A DNA stretch of 64,000 bases from Pseudomonadota bacterium (GTDB lineage: Bacteria; Bdellovibrionota; FAC87; UBA2466), in the NCBI GenBank assembly GCA_009927165.1, contig RFNO01000106.1, positions 3,409 to 67,408 on the forward strand. Direction: 5' to 3'. The notes under the pieces are model-generated. The model made no database searches. It saw nothing but the letters and a program-made list of their open reading frames with translations, and had not been told where the DNA came from. The position numbers and the translations under genes were made by a program. The first letter of the stretch is position 1. Each line of letters begins with the position of its first letter. This document shows positions 18,362 to 28,902 of the stretch, piece by piece.

Positions 18362-18472
18362 TAGGGGAATCCATCCCTAAAACGTAAGAAATAAAAATAC
18401 TTAGAAAAGCGGAGTTCCCCCTTTTAACTGTCCTATTGTTATACACATGCAAATCAGGTAAACACTTCCGCC

Positions 18473-19507
18473 ATGTTGAACGTGAATTTTAAAAGTGCTT
18501 TAAGTTGTTTATTGTTCTTAAACACCGCTGCTTCCGCATGCACGGCTTTTCTCCTTCACCGTGAAAAAGAAAAATTGGTGGGCAAAAGCTATGATTGGAA
18601 TCACGAGAGTGCTCTTCTCATCACCAACAAAAAGGGTGTTTCCAAAAAAGGATTTTCCCCTGTCTTCTGGGAGTCAGGTCCTCAGTGGATTTCCAAATAC
18701 GGAAGTATCACCTTTAATCAGTATGGTCGGGAGTTTCCCAACGGGGGAATGAACGAAGAGGGGTTAGTCGTCGAAGTTCTTTGGTTGAGCTCGAGCGAGT
18801 ACGAGGCTTTTGATAGCCGTCCAGTGCTCAATCAGCTGACTTGGGTTCAATATCAGCTAGATAATTTTGCTTCTGTCTCGGAAGTAATTGAGGCTCTTCC
18901 CAAACATAGGTTGTCGCCTATCCAAGGGAAAATTCATTACTTTGTTTGTGATAAAAGCGCTCAATGTGCTGTGGTAGAGTGGCAAAAAGGAAAGCCAGTC
19001 GTCCATTTTGGTGAAAACCTTAATCCCCCTGTTATTACCAATCATACTTTTGAAGAATCGTTAGCGGCTCTTCAAAACTCAGATGCCCTATCAAACGATG
19101 CTTCAATAGAAGAGAGCTCACTTCACCGATTTGTCCGTGCGGCGAAACTTGTCAAAGAAACTGAGGTGTCCGTAAGTGGGGGATTTAGCATTTTGAATGC
19201 AGTAGCAATGAAAGGCTTGACCACTTGGAACATTGTTTACGACTTAGAAAATTTAACCATTAATTATCGCACTCGTAAAAATCCTACTATTCGTTCGGTT
19301 AATTTGCGCCAACATGATTTTTCCTGTTCCACTACTACGCTGATGTTGAATATTCATGAGGGACAAAAAAACGTTGATAATCTTTGGGTAGGTTACAGTG
19401 CTGAAGCAAATGAGCGAACGATCCAAGAAAGTTTGAATGATGTCACTTTTGGGTGGGTGTTGCTTCGAATGCTATCCCAGTATCCGGAAACCACTACTTG
19501 CCAGTAG
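18473..19507 (+). CDS. Secreted Ntn hydrolase, choloylglycine hydrolase / penicillin V acylase family
   Basis: Signal peptide ending ASA then nucleophile Cys (CTAF); W.SKYGS, GMNEEGL, LDNFASV, ITN, RFVRA. Confidence 0.88.
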   Translation: MLNVNFKSALSCLLFLNTAASACTAFLLHREKEKLVGKSYDWNHESALLITNKKGVSKKGFSPVFWESGPQWISKYGSITFNQYGREFPNGGMNEEGLVVEVLWLSSSEYEAFDSRPVLNQLTWVQYQLDNFASVSEVIEALPKHRLSPIQGKIHYFVCDKSAQCAVVEWQKGKPVVHFGENLNPPVITNHTFEESLAALQNSDALSNDASIEESSLHRFVRAAKLVKETEVSVSGGFSILNAVAMKGLTTWNIVYDLENLTINYRTRKNPTIRSVNLRQHDFSCSTTTLMLNIHEGQKNVDNLWVGYSAEANERTIQESLNDVTFGWVLLRMLSQYPETTTCQ

Positions 19508-19512
19508 GAGCT

Positions 19513-20766
19513 TTAGCGGCTGGCTTCCCAATCCAAATCAAAAATACTTTGGTAGTGGGAATTGATATCGCGGCTGTCCACTGAAATCGCAGTCTCACGG
19601 TTATTCTCAACAGAATTTTGGTTCCAGTTAATAGAGCTCACGAGAGTTTTGTATCCGTCTGCTAAAGCCCCTTTATTGTGAACATACTTAACTCCCATTG
19701 CTTTCACGTCGGCAATAACTGCTTGCATCGGAAGATTATTGGTTTTCGCAATAGAGTTGATGGCTTCGATAGCATTGAGGTCACCTTCTTCTGAGCCTCC
19801 AAATGCGGTTGAATCATTAATCAGAATTCTAACTTTCACATTTCTTTTGGCTGCAGCGACAAGAGCTTGTAGCAAAGGAGATTGTTCCCCCGTTTTTCCC
19901 CACATTGGATTAAAACTCATTAATTCGAGATCGAGCGTTGTTTTTGCCGAGCGAATAAAAGCCAATAATCCATCTAAACTTGAATCTGGAGAAGTCAGAA
20001 TTTCCACATGGTCAGCTTCTAAAGTCTTGGGTTCATCTGAGAGCATCCACGCAAATCTCTCTACAATGTGATGGGCCGAAGTTTGCATGTCGCTAATCCA
20101 GTCAGAAACTCTTCCCAAAACCTGAGGAAGCCGATTTTTAGTCGGATCCACTAGCATGATCAAATCTCCATACTTAGTACTACAGTCCTTTTCAAAAAGT
20201 CTTAGAAAGGTTTTTGCAATTTGAGGATCGTAGACGAAGGTCTGCCATCCGCGGGTTCCTCGAGAAGATCCGGGATTGGGTTGGCCTGATGGCGAGTAGT
20301 TTTCAGAACCCACTAAGACGGAAGCTTCGTCAATAACGATATATTTGGCATGGTTATAACGAAATCTTCGTTTCCCTTTAATGGTTTTGGAAGTCATCAC
20401 GTAGTACCGGTGTAGTTGAGACTGCGCATTCGCTTCCATCGCTGTGGCTATTCTTTTTTGAACCAACTCTCCCTCAGGCTCGATTCCACCGACTGGCTGA
20501 CCTTCTTGAAGAATTTCAACTCTTACCCCCTGATTGATTTGGTGGATGAGGGCGTCCGCAACGTCGTTAGAGGTCAACTCATACGCGTTCATAGCAATGC
20601 TTTTCTGGGCGCTGAGAATGGCTCTGAGAGATAGAACGAGATTGCTTCGGGGAGACTCTGAGACATCGAGAGTCATTGCCTGCAGTGGCAAAGCAATCGT
20701 TGTTATGAAAATCGCTAATAAACTTCGGGATAGACTGACGCTCTTTACGTCGAGGTGATCCATCAA
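19513..20766 (-). CDS. Secreted phospholipase D-family enzyme
   Basis: Two HKD motifs: HAKYIVID..GSEN and HNKGALAD..SSIN..NRE; signal peptide. Confidence 0.9.
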   Translation of the reverse strand: MMDHLDVKSVSLSRSLLAIFITTIALPLQAMTLDVSESPRSNLVLSLRAILSAQKSIAMNAYELTSNDVADALIHQINQGVRVEILQEGQPVGGIEPEGELVQKRIATAMEANAQSQLHRYYVMTSKTIKGKRRFRYNHAKYIVIDEASVLVGSENYSPSGQPNPGSSRGTRGWQTFVYDPQIAKTFLRLFEKDCSTKYGDLIMLVDPTKNRLPQVLGRVSDWISDMQTSAHHIVERFAWMLSDEPKTLEADHVEILTSPDSSLDGLLAFIRSAKTTLDLELMSFNPMWGKTGEQSPLLQALVAAAKRNVKVRILINDSTAFGGSEEGDLNAIEAINSIAKTNNLPMQAVIADVKAMGVKYVHNKGALADGYKTLVSSINWNQNSVENNRETAISVDSRDINSHYQSIFDLDWEASR

Positions 20767-20916
20767 GTTGTTTCCCCCGTTGGTTATTTACTCGAAAGTG
20801 AAACATAACCTGAGTTATCCTGCAACGCACATAGTGCTAATAAACGGTTAAGATTTGGTTAGCAGCTCCCCTTCATGAGACTAACGAATTTACTTAAGCT
20901 GTGGTATGTCAAATCC

Positions 20917-21828
20917 ATGCGTGCGTTAGTCTCAGGCGGAGCAGGGTTTATTGGTTCCCGGTTGGCCCTTGAATTAGAAAAAAATGGGGCTGAAGTGCAT
21001 GTCATTGATAGTTTTTTATCTCTTAATTTCAATAACTTATCATTGTTTAAGGGGCCGGTAATCCAACACGATTTATTGGATGACTGGACCTCCTCAGGAA
21101 AATGGGACGTTATTTTTCATCAAGCTGCGATTACTGATCCCAGACATGAAAGCGACGAAGAGGTCTACGAAAAAAATGTTCGGGGTTTTGAAAAACTCCT
21201 TAAACTGGCTTTGCAGTCCCAAGCCAAGCTCATTTATGCGTCTACCGCAGGTCTTTATGGCAATGGTGCGGTTCCCATGAAAGAGGCACAAGAGAAAGAA
21301 GTACTCACGGCTTATGGACGGTCCAAACTCAAAATGGATGAAATCGCAGAATCTCATTTTAATCAGCTTCACTTAGTGGGTTTGCGTTACTTCAATGTCT
21401 TTGGTCCCCACGAAGCCCATAAAGGACGGCCGGCTTCAATGATTTACCATCTTTGGAAGCAAATGGTGTCGGGACAAAGACCACGGCTTTTCAAGTGGGG
21501 AGAACAGAGCCGAGATTTTATTTATGTAAAAGATGTTGTTCGAGCCAATCTGTGCGCTATTCATGCTCCATCCGGCATTTATAATGTGGGCACAGGCGTT
21601 GCTTCTACTTTTAATACTGTCGTTCGAATACTCAATGAAGTACTGGGAACTTCTCTTGAACCCGACTACTTTGATATGCCTTACGAAAGCAAGACCTACC
21701 AGCATTGCACGCTTGCGGATACATCCTATGCGGAGACAGGATTAAATTTCAAAACGGAATGGGATTTAAAATCAGCCATTTTCGATTACGTGAAATGGTT
21801 AGAAAAAACGGAAGGAAGTCACTTATGA
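20917..21828 (+). CDS. hldD: ADP-L-glycero-D-manno-heptose 6-epimerase-like extended SDR
   Basis: GGAGFIG, FHQAAITD, YGRSK, LRYFNVFGP.E.HKG..ASM, RDFIYVKDV. Confidence 0.8.
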   Translation: MRALVSGGAGFIGSRLALELEKNGAEVHVIDSFLSLNFNNLSLFKGPVIQHDLLDDWTSSGKWDVIFHQAAITDPRHESDEEVYEKNVRGFEKLLKLALQSQAKLIYASTAGLYGNGAVPMKEAQEKEVLTAYGRSKLKMDEIAESHFNQLHLVGLRYFNVFGPHEAHKGRPASMIYHLWKQMVSGQRPRLFKWGEQSRDFIYVKDVVRANLCAIHAPSGIYNVGTGVASTFNTVVRILNEVLGTSLEPDYFDMPYESKTYQHCTLADTSYAETGLNFKTEWDLKSAIFDYVKWLEKTEGSHL

Positions 21829-23903
21829 TTCAAACGCGAACCGGTTTCGTCCAAGGTGCTGTAGTTTTCTTAGTTCTCCTCTGTGGAGTAGTTATCGCAG
21901 ATGAGGGAATGTGGACTTACAATAATTTGCCCACAGAAATTTTAAAAGAGAAATACGGTTTTGAACCAACCCAGGAATGGACTGAACACCTCATGAAATC
22001 ATCGGTTCGTTTTAATTCAGGAGGCTCAGGTTCTTTTATCTCTCCCCGAGGCTTGGTCCTGACTAACCACCACGTGGGTGCTGATGCGTTAGCCAAAATA
22101 TCGACTGCCGAGCACGATTATTATCGCGAAGGATTTCTGGCCAGGACTGAATCAGAGGAAATCAAGGCTCCAGACCTAGAATTAAATCAATTGTTATCAA
22201 TTGAAGATGTAACAGACAAAGTGAATGGTGCAGTAAAACCGGGTATGTCTGTTGCTGAAGCTGCTGCTGCTCGTCGTGCGGCGATTGCAACTATCGAAAA
22301 AGAGTCGCTTGAGAAAACTGGATTGCGGAGCGATGTGGTCACTTTATACCAAGGTGGCAAATACCAACTGTATCGCTACAAAAAATATACAGACATCCGT
22401 CTCGTCTTTTCCCCAGAGTTTGATATCGCATTCTTTGGTGGAGATCCTGATAACTTTGAGTATCCCCGTTTTAATTTAGATATGTGTCTTTTTCGGGTTT
22501 ACGAAAATGGTCAGCCCGTCCAAACAGAGCATTTCTTGAAATGGTCTGCGAAAGGCACCAATGAGAACGATTTAGTTTTTGTATCTGGTCATCCAGGCAG
22601 TACTCGAAGGATGTATACGCTTGCTGCTTTGGCTTTTCTGCGCGACATCCGAGTTCCCTATCAATTGGAGTATCTCAATCGTCAGGAAATCATGCTTCAG
22701 CAATTTGGCGGTAAGGGAATCGAAGAAGCCCGTCGAGCCAAAGAAGATCTTTTTTCAGTTCAGAACAGCCGCAAAGTTTATTACGGAAGAGTCAGGGGGC
22801 TTCAGGACCCAGAAGTCTTCAGAAAAAAACAAAAAGACGAAAATAGCCTGATCGCCGAAGTGAAATCTCGTCCCGACCTCAAAGATTTGGGAGGTGCTTG
22901 GGCCACTATCGAGCTAGCCCAAAAATCAGCCAAAAAGTTATTGGTAAAGCGTTCTTTGCTAGAAGGTGCCCAAGCGTTTAATTCCCAATTATTTTCTATT
23001 GCCCGGACTTTAGTGAGACTAGCAGAAGAAAGTAGTAAGCCTAACGAAGAAAGGTTACCCGAGTATCGCGATTCAAATCGTGCTTCGTTGGAACAACAAC
23101 TTTATTCAGAAGCTCCTATTTATGAGGATCTCGAAGTTGCTAAATTAACAGAAGCACTTACTTTCTTTGTTTCGAAAATGGGAGAATCCAATTCCCTAGT
23201 TAAGCAAGTATTGGCGGGAAAATCTCCATCAGAACGAGCTATTGAACTGGTAGAAAAAACTTCCCTGAAAAGTGTTTCGGTAAGAAAGTTGATGGCTGAA
23301 GAAGGAGCGAAGTCTATTTCTGGAAGTTACGATTCAATGATCCAGGTAGCTAAGTTGGTAGATTCGGCTTCTCGTTCCATTCGTAAGAAATACGAGGAAC
23401 AAGTCGAAGAGCCTGAAAGACAAGCCTATGCACAAATTGCAAAAGCCTTGTTTGCGATCAAAGGCACAAAAATTTATCCTGACGCTACCTTCACCCTGAG
23501 ACTTTCCTTTGGTCAAGTGAAAGGTTACGAGGAGGGTAGCCAAAAGGTACCGGCGTTCACTACTTTAGGAGGTGCTTTTGAGCACGAGGAGCGACATGGA
23601 AAGAACCCGCCGTTCCAACTACCGGGAAGCTGGCACCAGAAAAAACTGAATCTCGATTTACAAACTCCGTTTAATTTCGTGTCCACTGCAGACATTATCG
23701 GAGGAAACTCGGGAAGCCCAACTGTTAATCAGGCCGGGGAACTCATAGGACTTATTTTCGATGGCAATATTCATTCTCTCGTATCTGATTACTTTTACGA
23801 GGACAAACTAAATAGAGCTGTTTCCGTGGACACGCGAGGAATGCTCGAGGTCCTCAGAAAAATATATCTTGCTCATGAATTAGTGGCCGAATTGGGCTCT
23901 TAA
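21825..23903 (+). CDS. S46-family dipeptidyl peptidase (DPP7-like)
   Basis: ADEGMW after the signal peptide, GSGSFIS..GLVLTNHHV, FGGDPDNFEYPR, YPDATFTLRLSFG, DIIGGNSGSP, GLIFDGN. Confidence 0.93.
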   Translation: MIQTRTGFVQGAVVFLVLLCGVVIADEGMWTYNNLPTEILKEKYGFEPTQEWTEHLMKSSVRFNSGGSGSFISPRGLVLTNHHVGADALAKISTAEHDYYREGFLARTESEEIKAPDLELNQLLSIEDVTDKVNGAVKPGMSVAEAAAARRAAIATIEKESLEKTGLRSDVVTLYQGGKYQLYRYKKYTDIRLVFSPEFDIAFFGGDPDNFEYPRFNLDMCLFRVYENGQPVQTEHFLKWSAKGTNENDLVFVSGHPGSTRRMYTLAALAFLRDIRVPYQLEYLNRQEIMLQQFGGKGIEEARRAKEDLFSVQNSRKVYYGRVRGLQDPEVFRKKQKDENSLIAEVKSRPDLKDLGGAWATIELAQKSAKKLLVKRSLLEGAQAFNSQLFSIARTLVRLAEESSKPNEERLPEYRDSNRASLEQQLYSEAPIYEDLEVAKLTEALTFFVSKMGESNSLVKQVLAGKSPSERAIELVEKTSLKSVSVRKLMAEEGAKSISGSYDSMIQVAKLVDSASRSIRKKYEEQVEEPERQAYAQIAKALFAIKGTKIYPDATFTLRLSFGQVKGYEEGSQKVPAFTTLGGAFEHEERHGKNPPFQLPGSWHQKKLNLDLQTPFNFVSTADIIGGNSGSPTVNQAGELIGLIFDGNIHSLVSDYFYEDKLNRAVSVDTRGMLEVLRKIYLAHELVAELGS

Positions 23904-23916
23904 ATAGGGAGAGGGA

Positions 23917-24354
23917 TTAGACCCCGATATCCTCATTCCAAAGCTCGGGATGATTTTTTATGAAATCTTCCATGAGTTGGATGCACTTTGGATTCTGAAC
24001 TATGACAAGTTCAGTCCCGTGCGACCTGACATAGTTTTCCGGGCCTTGGAAAGTTTTGTTTTCTCCGATGATAATTTTGGGAATTTTGTAGAGTAGGGCG
24101 GTTCCGCTGCACATATCACAGGGGGAAAGGGTCGAGTAGAGAGTTGCGCGCTGATACTCTTTTGCAGAGAGTCGACCCGCATTTTCAATGCAGTCCATTT
24201 CTGCGTGTAAGATAGCACTCCCTCTTTGAACTCTTCTATTATGTCCTCGTCCAATAATTCTGCCATCCAGAACTAGAACTGACCCAATAGGAATTCCACC
24301 TTCCTTCAAGCCAAGTTCTGCTTCTTCAATCGCGGCTTCTAAAAAAGGATCCAC
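23917..24354 (-). CDS. Zn-dependent nucleobase deaminase (yeast FCY1-type cytosine deaminase-like)
   Basis: GGIPIGS, GRGHNRRVQ, HAE, LSPCDMC, WNEDIG. Confidence 0.88.
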   Translation of the reverse strand: MDPFLEAAIEEAELGLKEGGIPIGSVLVLDGRIIGRGHNRRVQRGSAILHAEMDCIENAGRLSAKEYQRATLYSTLSPCDMCSGTALLYKIPKIIIGENKTFQGPENYVRSHGTELVIVQNPKCIQLMEDFIKNHPELWNEDIGV

Positions 24355-24365
24355 AGCAGTTATTA

Positions 24366-25751
24366 CTAATATTTAGAAATTTCCTGGCTTGCTTTAAAAA
24401 CATTCAACCGTCCACCAGTAACAGTGATGTCTTTTAAACCAGAAATCGGATCAACTGATTTGAGCAAAATTTCCTTAATTTGTTTTGCAGCTTGCGCAGG
24501 ATTTTGCTGAGTCATTTCCGTAAATCGTTTGCTTCCGACACTGTGTAAGAGAGCAACCGCACCTGTCACGTGGGGAGTCGCCATCGAAGTTCCTGTCAGC
24601 TTTCGGGTTTTGTTGTCCGGAACAGTAGATAAAATATCAGTTCCAGGAGCGCCTAAATGGACGTGCTTAGCGCCATACCCAGCTCCCTCCGCGTATTTGT
24701 CATCATTCGAATCGGTGTTAGTCACTGAGATGATGTATGGGCTTTCGCATGCAGAAGGGACATCCCCAACTGAATCAACATCCACGTCTGAGTTAGAAGT
24801 GGCTACCACCGAAACAATCCCAACGTTACCCATCTCGGTATAAAGGTCATTCCATACGGAGTAATCTGGACTGGAACAGTCAGCATTATCGACTCCAAAA
24901 CTGGAGTTAGTAGCAACAATATTTGCTCCTTTTTTTCCGTGAGATTCTAACCACAGTTTCTTCTGAGCCAGGACGTATCCATAAGCCCGCGCAACGACTG
25001 AAGTCTCACCCGATGATCCTGCAACAGGCATAATTTTGGTGTTCCAGTTGATGCCAGAAACTTGCAAGTTATTATTTCCTTCTGCGCCGATAATTCCGGC
25101 AACATGAGTGCCATGCATATATCCGCTGTCATGCTTGTCGGTGGGGAGAGTTCCCTTATCGTCGATAGCATTCCAACCATTTATGTCATCTATGTAACCG
25201 TTCTTATCATCATCAATACCGTTATCGGGAATTTCTCCTTTATTTACCCAAATATTTTTCTGTAAGTCTTTGTGGGAAATATCAGTACCGCCGTCTACTA
25301 CAGCGACGACAATTTCGTTGCCAGCTGTATCTTTTCCACCCGTACCCAGTTCCCAAGCTTTAGTGGCTTCAATATCACCGCGGGAGCTAATCCCGTTAAT
25401 GCTCCATTGAGATTTCAGTTCCGGGTCATTAGGTGATTGACGAAGTTTTACCGGGTGGTCGGGCTGGGCATATTTCACGATTCCCGATTGCCCTGCGAAA
25501 GTTTTTAAAAAGGTTTTGCTCGAAGTCGGTCGTTTAAAAGTAACCAAATAGAGGTTTAAAGAAGGAACCAAAGCTTCATAAGTTTCAATGTTCTCGTCCC
25601 GTAGAAGGGCGGCAACTTGGTCCGTTTTTAAGGCAGCATCAAAACGGATAATTAATTTTTGAGCATTTGTCTGCTTGGTTTGTGCCTGTAAGGTGGAATT
25701 GACCCACAACAAGCTAAAAAAAGTGCTAACCAGAATAAGGTGCTTTGCCAT
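24366..25751 (-). CDS. Secreted S8 subtilisin-like serine protease
   Basis: Signal peptide and prodomain; VAVVDGG, HGTHVAG, GTSMATPHV. Confidence 0.93.
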   Translation of the reverse strand: MAKHLILVSTFFSLLWVNSTLQAQTKQTNAQKLIIRFDAALKTDQVAALLRDENIETYEALVPSLNLYLVTFKRPTSSKTFLKTFAGQSGIVKYAQPDHPVKLRQSPNDPELKSQWSINGISSRGDIEATKAWELGTGGKDTAGNEIVVAVVDGGTDISHKDLQKNIWVNKGEIPDNGIDDDKNGYIDDINGWNAIDDKGTLPTDKHDSGYMHGTHVAGIIGAEGNNNLQVSGINWNTKIMPVAGSSGETSVVARAYGYVLAQKKLWLESHGKKGANIVATNSSFGVDNADCSSPDYSVWNDLYTEMGNVGIVSVVATSNSDVDVDSVGDVPSACESPYIISVTNTDSNDDKYAEGAGYGAKHVHLGAPGTDILSTVPDNKTRKLTGTSMATPHVTGAVALLHSVGSKRFTEMTQQNPAQAAKQIKEILLKSVDPISGLKDITVTGGRLNVFKASQEISKY

Positions 25752-25914
25752 TATTGATTTCCCCCAAAACCAAAAATTACAACCAAAACCGTACTGCTTT
25801 TAGACTGTTTGCCGACACTAGCTAGTCCGGGGGCAATTTAAAACCCTTAAAATAAAGAGGCGGATTTAAGTGTTAGCTTTTGTTTCGACAAGAAGTAACG
25901 CGTCACGTCGCGTT

Positions 25915-27288
25915 TTAAGAGGAGATTAAATCGTTCATTCCTAAATCTTGAAGCTTTCGGTAGAAAGTGGCTTTGCTTAAACCAAGAGCTTCGATCGTAG
26001 AGGTCTTTTTGCCATTATTTTTCTTTAACTCTTCAGCAATCACGCTTCGTTCAAACTCTCTCACTTTACTTTGAAAATCTTGGTTCGTTTGCTCCCTCTT
26101 ACCAAAAGAGGGAACCAAAGGATTGTTTTGACGAAGATCGTAGATCTCTACTTCCTCAAGATTCTCATTTTTTTGAAAAAGAAGCGCTCTTTTCAAAGTC
26201 GATTCGAGTTGTCGGATATTTCCAGGCCAATCATAAGCAATCAGTTGATTCATTAATTTTTCACTGACTTTCGGCATTCGGGAAGAACGCGCATGCTTTG
26301 AGATAAAATGTTCTGTGAGTAGGGGAATATCTGATTTTCTCTCGCGTAAAGGAGGTATCCACAATACCAAGTCACTTAGCCGATAGATAAGGTCTTCTCT
26401 AAATTTTCCTTGTTCCATAAGTTCAGCTAGAGGCTGATTAGTCGCTGCAATGGTTCGGAAGGATAGAGTTTGTGTTTTATTAGATCCCACTCGTTGAATT
26501 TGACGTTCCTGAAGAACCCTCAAAATTTTGCTTTGAAGCTCAAAAGGGAGGTCTCCAATTTCATCGAGGAAAATATCTCCGGAGTCTGCTAATTCAAACT
26601 TCCCGGGTCTGCTTACTTTAGCGTCTGTAAAAGCTCCTTTTTCAACACCGAATAATTCGGCTTCCATGAGATTAGCGGGAATGGCCGGCATGTTCGCCAC
26701 AATAAAAGGACGTTTGGGATTGCCTTCTTGTTGATGGAGAAAACGAGCCAATACTTCTTTTCCTGTTCCACTTTCTCCTAAAATGAGAACGTTCAAGTGT
26801 GAATGATTTTTGAGTGCTCGAGCTTTTTCAATGACTTCCAAAAACGGGTGGGCTGAGCCGACCAAAGAAACAGGGGAAGGATGAAGAAGAGTTTCAAGCT
26901 TCTCTAGGGACTGTTTCAAATTTCTTTTTTCTAAAACGCGCTCCAAAGCAAAAAGAACTGACTCTGGTTCGATTGGTTTAATGAGGTAATCGGCAGCTCC
27001 TAAACGCATGCAATCAATCGTTACTCTCATTTCGCGTTGTCCACTCAGGACAACAATTTCCATCAAGGGCAGGTCTTTTTTCCATTTTTTTATGAGTTCT
27101 TGTCCGTGGGTTTGACCCAAGTGCAGATCAAGAACAACCAAGTCGACCGTTCTATTGTTGAGAATAGTTGCCGCTTCAATGGCTGATGATGCAGCAACAA
27201 CATCGTACAAGGGCCTTAACAGATGAGTCAGAGATTGAAGCAAAAGAGGATCGTCATCGACAACTAGGACGCTTGGTGCTTGAGCCAT
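25915..27288 (-). CDS. Sigma54-dependent response regulator (REC-AAA+-Fis HTH)
   Basis: LVVDDD receiver, GESGTGKE, ELFGVEKGAFTDA, FLDEIG, FREDLIYRL, WPGNIRQL, C-terminal HTH. Confidence 0.93.
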   Translation of the reverse strand: MAQAPSVLVVDDDPLLLQSLTHLLRPLYDVVAASSAIEAATILNNRTVDLVVLDLHLGQTHGQELIKKWKKDLPLMEIVVLSGQREMRVTIDCMRLGAADYLIKPIEPESVLFALERVLEKRNLKQSLEKLETLLHPSPVSLVGSAHPFLEVIEKARALKNHSHLNVLILGESGTGKEVLARFLHQQEGNPKRPFIVANMPAIPANLMEAELFGVEKGAFTDAKVSRPGKFELADSGDIFLDEIGDLPFELQSKILRVLQERQIQRVGSNKTQTLSFRTIAATNQPLAELMEQGKFREDLIYRLSDLVLWIPPLRERKSDIPLLTEHFISKHARSSRMPKVSEKLMNQLIAYDWPGNIRQLESTLKRALLFQKNENLEEVEIYDLRQNNPLVPSFGKREQTNQDFQSKVREFERSVIAEELKKNNGKKTSTIEALGLSKATFYRKLQDLGMNDLISS

Positions 27289-27442
27289 ACTCCCCCCTTA
27301 AACTTGTTTCTATTTACCATTGATTTGCGCTGTGCAGCAATGGACAACTGGTCGAGCGCTGTTTTTGTGGTTAAATAACCTAATAATAACAATATCTTAA
27401 GTCTTGTTTGAGGTCGGCTTAAGTTTCTCCTGAAAAAGGGCG

Positions 27443-28891
27443 ATGAACTTACTGATGGAACATTTTGTAAATTCTAGGTTCTGGGTGTTGGGATTCATTG
27501 TTTGGATGAGTTGGACCCCGGTGACTTGGGGATCGGCTCCTCTTATCCGACAGCTACTGAGCGAAAATCGAACTGAGGAAGCAATTCCTATTTGTCGGCA
27601 ATACGAAGTTCTGCCCTCTCGAGATAATGATGTTTTTTTGGCTTGTTCTTGGGTCTACTATCGAACAAACCGCGCTAGTGCAGCGGATGCTCTATTGGCC
27701 AAGCTAGCTCAATCCAAAAATCTTCCCGAATATCAGCTGCTAGAAATTTATGCATCGGTGGCAAGAGATTTTCTATCGCCGGAAGCCCTAAAAGCATTGG
27801 AGCCGACTGCACGACAGCAATATGACGAGAAGATAAAATTGCGTATATCTGAGGCTCAAAAAAAATTAGAGCCCCTGCTTATCGAGCAAAAAAATTCTAA
27901 TGTTGGAAAAATAGCTCAAGAAGTGAGCGCAGAGTTTTACGAGTTAAAAGGGCAATTAGAGCCAGCTGCTTTTATTTATCGCGGATTAATTAACGACAAT
28001 CCTAAGAACGCCAAAGCAGCGTGGGGACTCGGTCGTTACTACTTAGCTCGGGGCGATCTCCGAAGAGCGAAAACATACTTGGAAAAAACCACTGAATTGT
28101 GGCCTAAACATCAGGGCTCTCGCTACAACTTAGGACTCATTTACATGAATGAGGGTCCCGATAGCTATCGCCAAGCTGCAAAGTGGCTTTCCGAAGCTTT
28201 TAAACTAAACAATGCAGATTCCAGTGTTTTGGAGCAAATTGGCATTCTTTTTGAGAGCAAAGGAAAAGTAGAAGCTGCAATCAAATACTGGCAACGAGCA
28301 GTAGAGCTAAATCCGCGCGCTGTAATTGCCTCCAAAAAATTGGACGAACATGTAGATGTTGTTATCGGTGTCCTCATTAGCAAGAAAAACTGGAAAGCGG
28401 CTTTGGAGAAAATTGAACTTATTAAAAACACAAACGAACCAAAACGATTTGAACTGGCAGAAGGTATGATTTACCGAGGCATGGGCCAGTTCGATAAAGC
28501 GGCTGCCATCTTTAAACCGATGGTTCAAGCAGAGCCAGAAAACCCCGTGATTCTTCGAGAGTTTGGAATCGTTGAGTTCAACCTCGGCCATCATGAAGAA
28601 GCCACTAAACTCTTTGAGAAGTTGGTACAAGTGGAAAAAAATCAGCCAATGAATTTTGCCTGGTTAGGATTTGCCTTGGAAGAGAAAAAAGAATATGCAA
28701 AAGCCATCCAAGCGTGGAACCAAGCGGCCGGTCTTTTTAAGAATTCGAAGGAGATCAAAAAAGCTCTTGAAAAAGTAGTGCGCCTAGAACAGCTAGCTAA
28801 TGGAAGAGAAGTAGCTTCGGGTGATAACAAGCAGAATGATCATTCCGATAAAACTGTGGAAGTGACCGATCCCTTCCATCAAGGGGAATGA
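27443..28891 (+). CDS. Exported TPR-repeat protein
   Basis: Signal peptide; several TPR-like repeats (AWGLGRYY, RYNLGLIY, AIKYWQRAVELNP). Confidence 0.85.
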   Translation: MNLLMEHFVNSRFWVLGFIVWMSWTPVTWGSAPLIRQLLSENRTEEAIPICRQYEVLPSRDNDVFLACSWVYYRTNRASAADALLAKLAQSKNLPEYQLLEIYASVARDFLSPEALKALEPTARQQYDEKIKLRISEAQKKLEPLLIEQKNSNVGKIAQEVSAEFYELKGQLEPAAFIYRGLINDNPKNAKAAWGLGRYYLARGDLRRAKTYLEKTTELWPKHQGSRYNLGLIYMNEGPDSYRQAAKWLSEAFKLNNADSSVLEQIGILFESKGKVEAAIKYWQRAVELNPRAVIASKKLDEHVDVVIGVLISKKNWKAALEKIELIKNTNEPKRFELAEGMIYRGMGQFDKAAAIFKPMVQAEPENPVILREFGIVEFNLGHHEEATKLFEKLVQVEKNQPMNFAWLGFALEEKKEYAKAIQAWNQAAGLFKNSKEIKKALEKVVRLEQLANGREVASGDNKQNDHSDKTVEVTDPFHQGE

Positions 28892-28902
28892 GGAATGCGT
28901 AA

